NCBI GenBank assembly: GCA_963665115.1
Contig: OY762007.1
Coordinates: forward strand, 6,272,001-6,336,000
Direction of reading: 5' to 3'
DNA length: 64,000 bases
Origin: an uncultured Rivularia sp.
GTDB lineage: Bacteria; Cyanobacteriota; Cyanobacteriia; Cyanobacteriales; Nostocaceae
The notes beneath the pieces were generated by a model. That model was not told the DNA's origin. It saw nothing but the letters and a program-made list of their open reading frames with translations, and did not search any database. Of this stretch, positions 63,801-64,000 are shown piece by piece; the stretch's first letter is position 1; each line of letters begins with the position of its first letter. The translations under genes and the position numbers were made by a program.

Positions 63801-64000
63801 TTGATTTATTTGATTCCAATCTGTTTTGAAATTAATAATATTAAAGAATTCACGATTATAAATTGCAAATTCCGAATTCTGAATTAAAACAGAAACCCCA
63901 GCATCTGCGAGCATATACGTTAATCGCTCTTGGGGATATGCTGGATCTAAAGGAACATATGCTGCTCCAGCTTTAAGAATACCTAATAATCCAATCACCA
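60857..64000 (-). CDS. NRPS, 5' end outside window: A(Ala)-PCP-E plus COM donor, +1 frameshift near 63765
   Basis: Code [34 protein letters not shown] and FNYLGQ epimerase motifs; C-terminal TPSDF...ELDDIL. Confidence 0.92.

Overview
AT-rich filamentous cyanobacterial (Nostocales-like) DNA, with many HIP1 GCGATCGC sites and STRR heptamer repeats. It has three blocks. (1) 1-21050 is a fermentation/low-oxygen island: CBS protein, pflB, pflA, adhE, an ADP-forming acetate-CoA ligase/GNAT fusion, P-type ATPase, USP, an orphan DevA and small unknown genes. Nearly every transcription unit carries the same direct-repeat box (CTCACAAnTTCCTCA; 12 copies), always exactly 11 nt before a TA-starting -10 element. 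This suggests one OmpR/PhoB-type regulon, and it also reveals an unannotated 39-aa membrane peptide and an orphan promoter. (2) 21050-24360 is a mobile scar: plasmid-type hypotheticals, an IS66 fragment and an IS630 nested in a MITE. (3) 24400-64000 is the downstream part of an NRPS cluster with Fur-like boxes, resembling anachelin-type (Dmaq catechol) siderophore pathways. It has modules predicted for D-Ala, L-Ser and an aromatic residue, a CmlA-like beta-hydroxylase/docking/thioester-reductase fusion, aminotransferase, methyltransferase, tyrosinase, an LmbB2/SfmD-like heme hydroxylase, transporters and a large RTX-tailed protein. Ten genes are split by +1 homopolymer insertions, most likely assembly errors.
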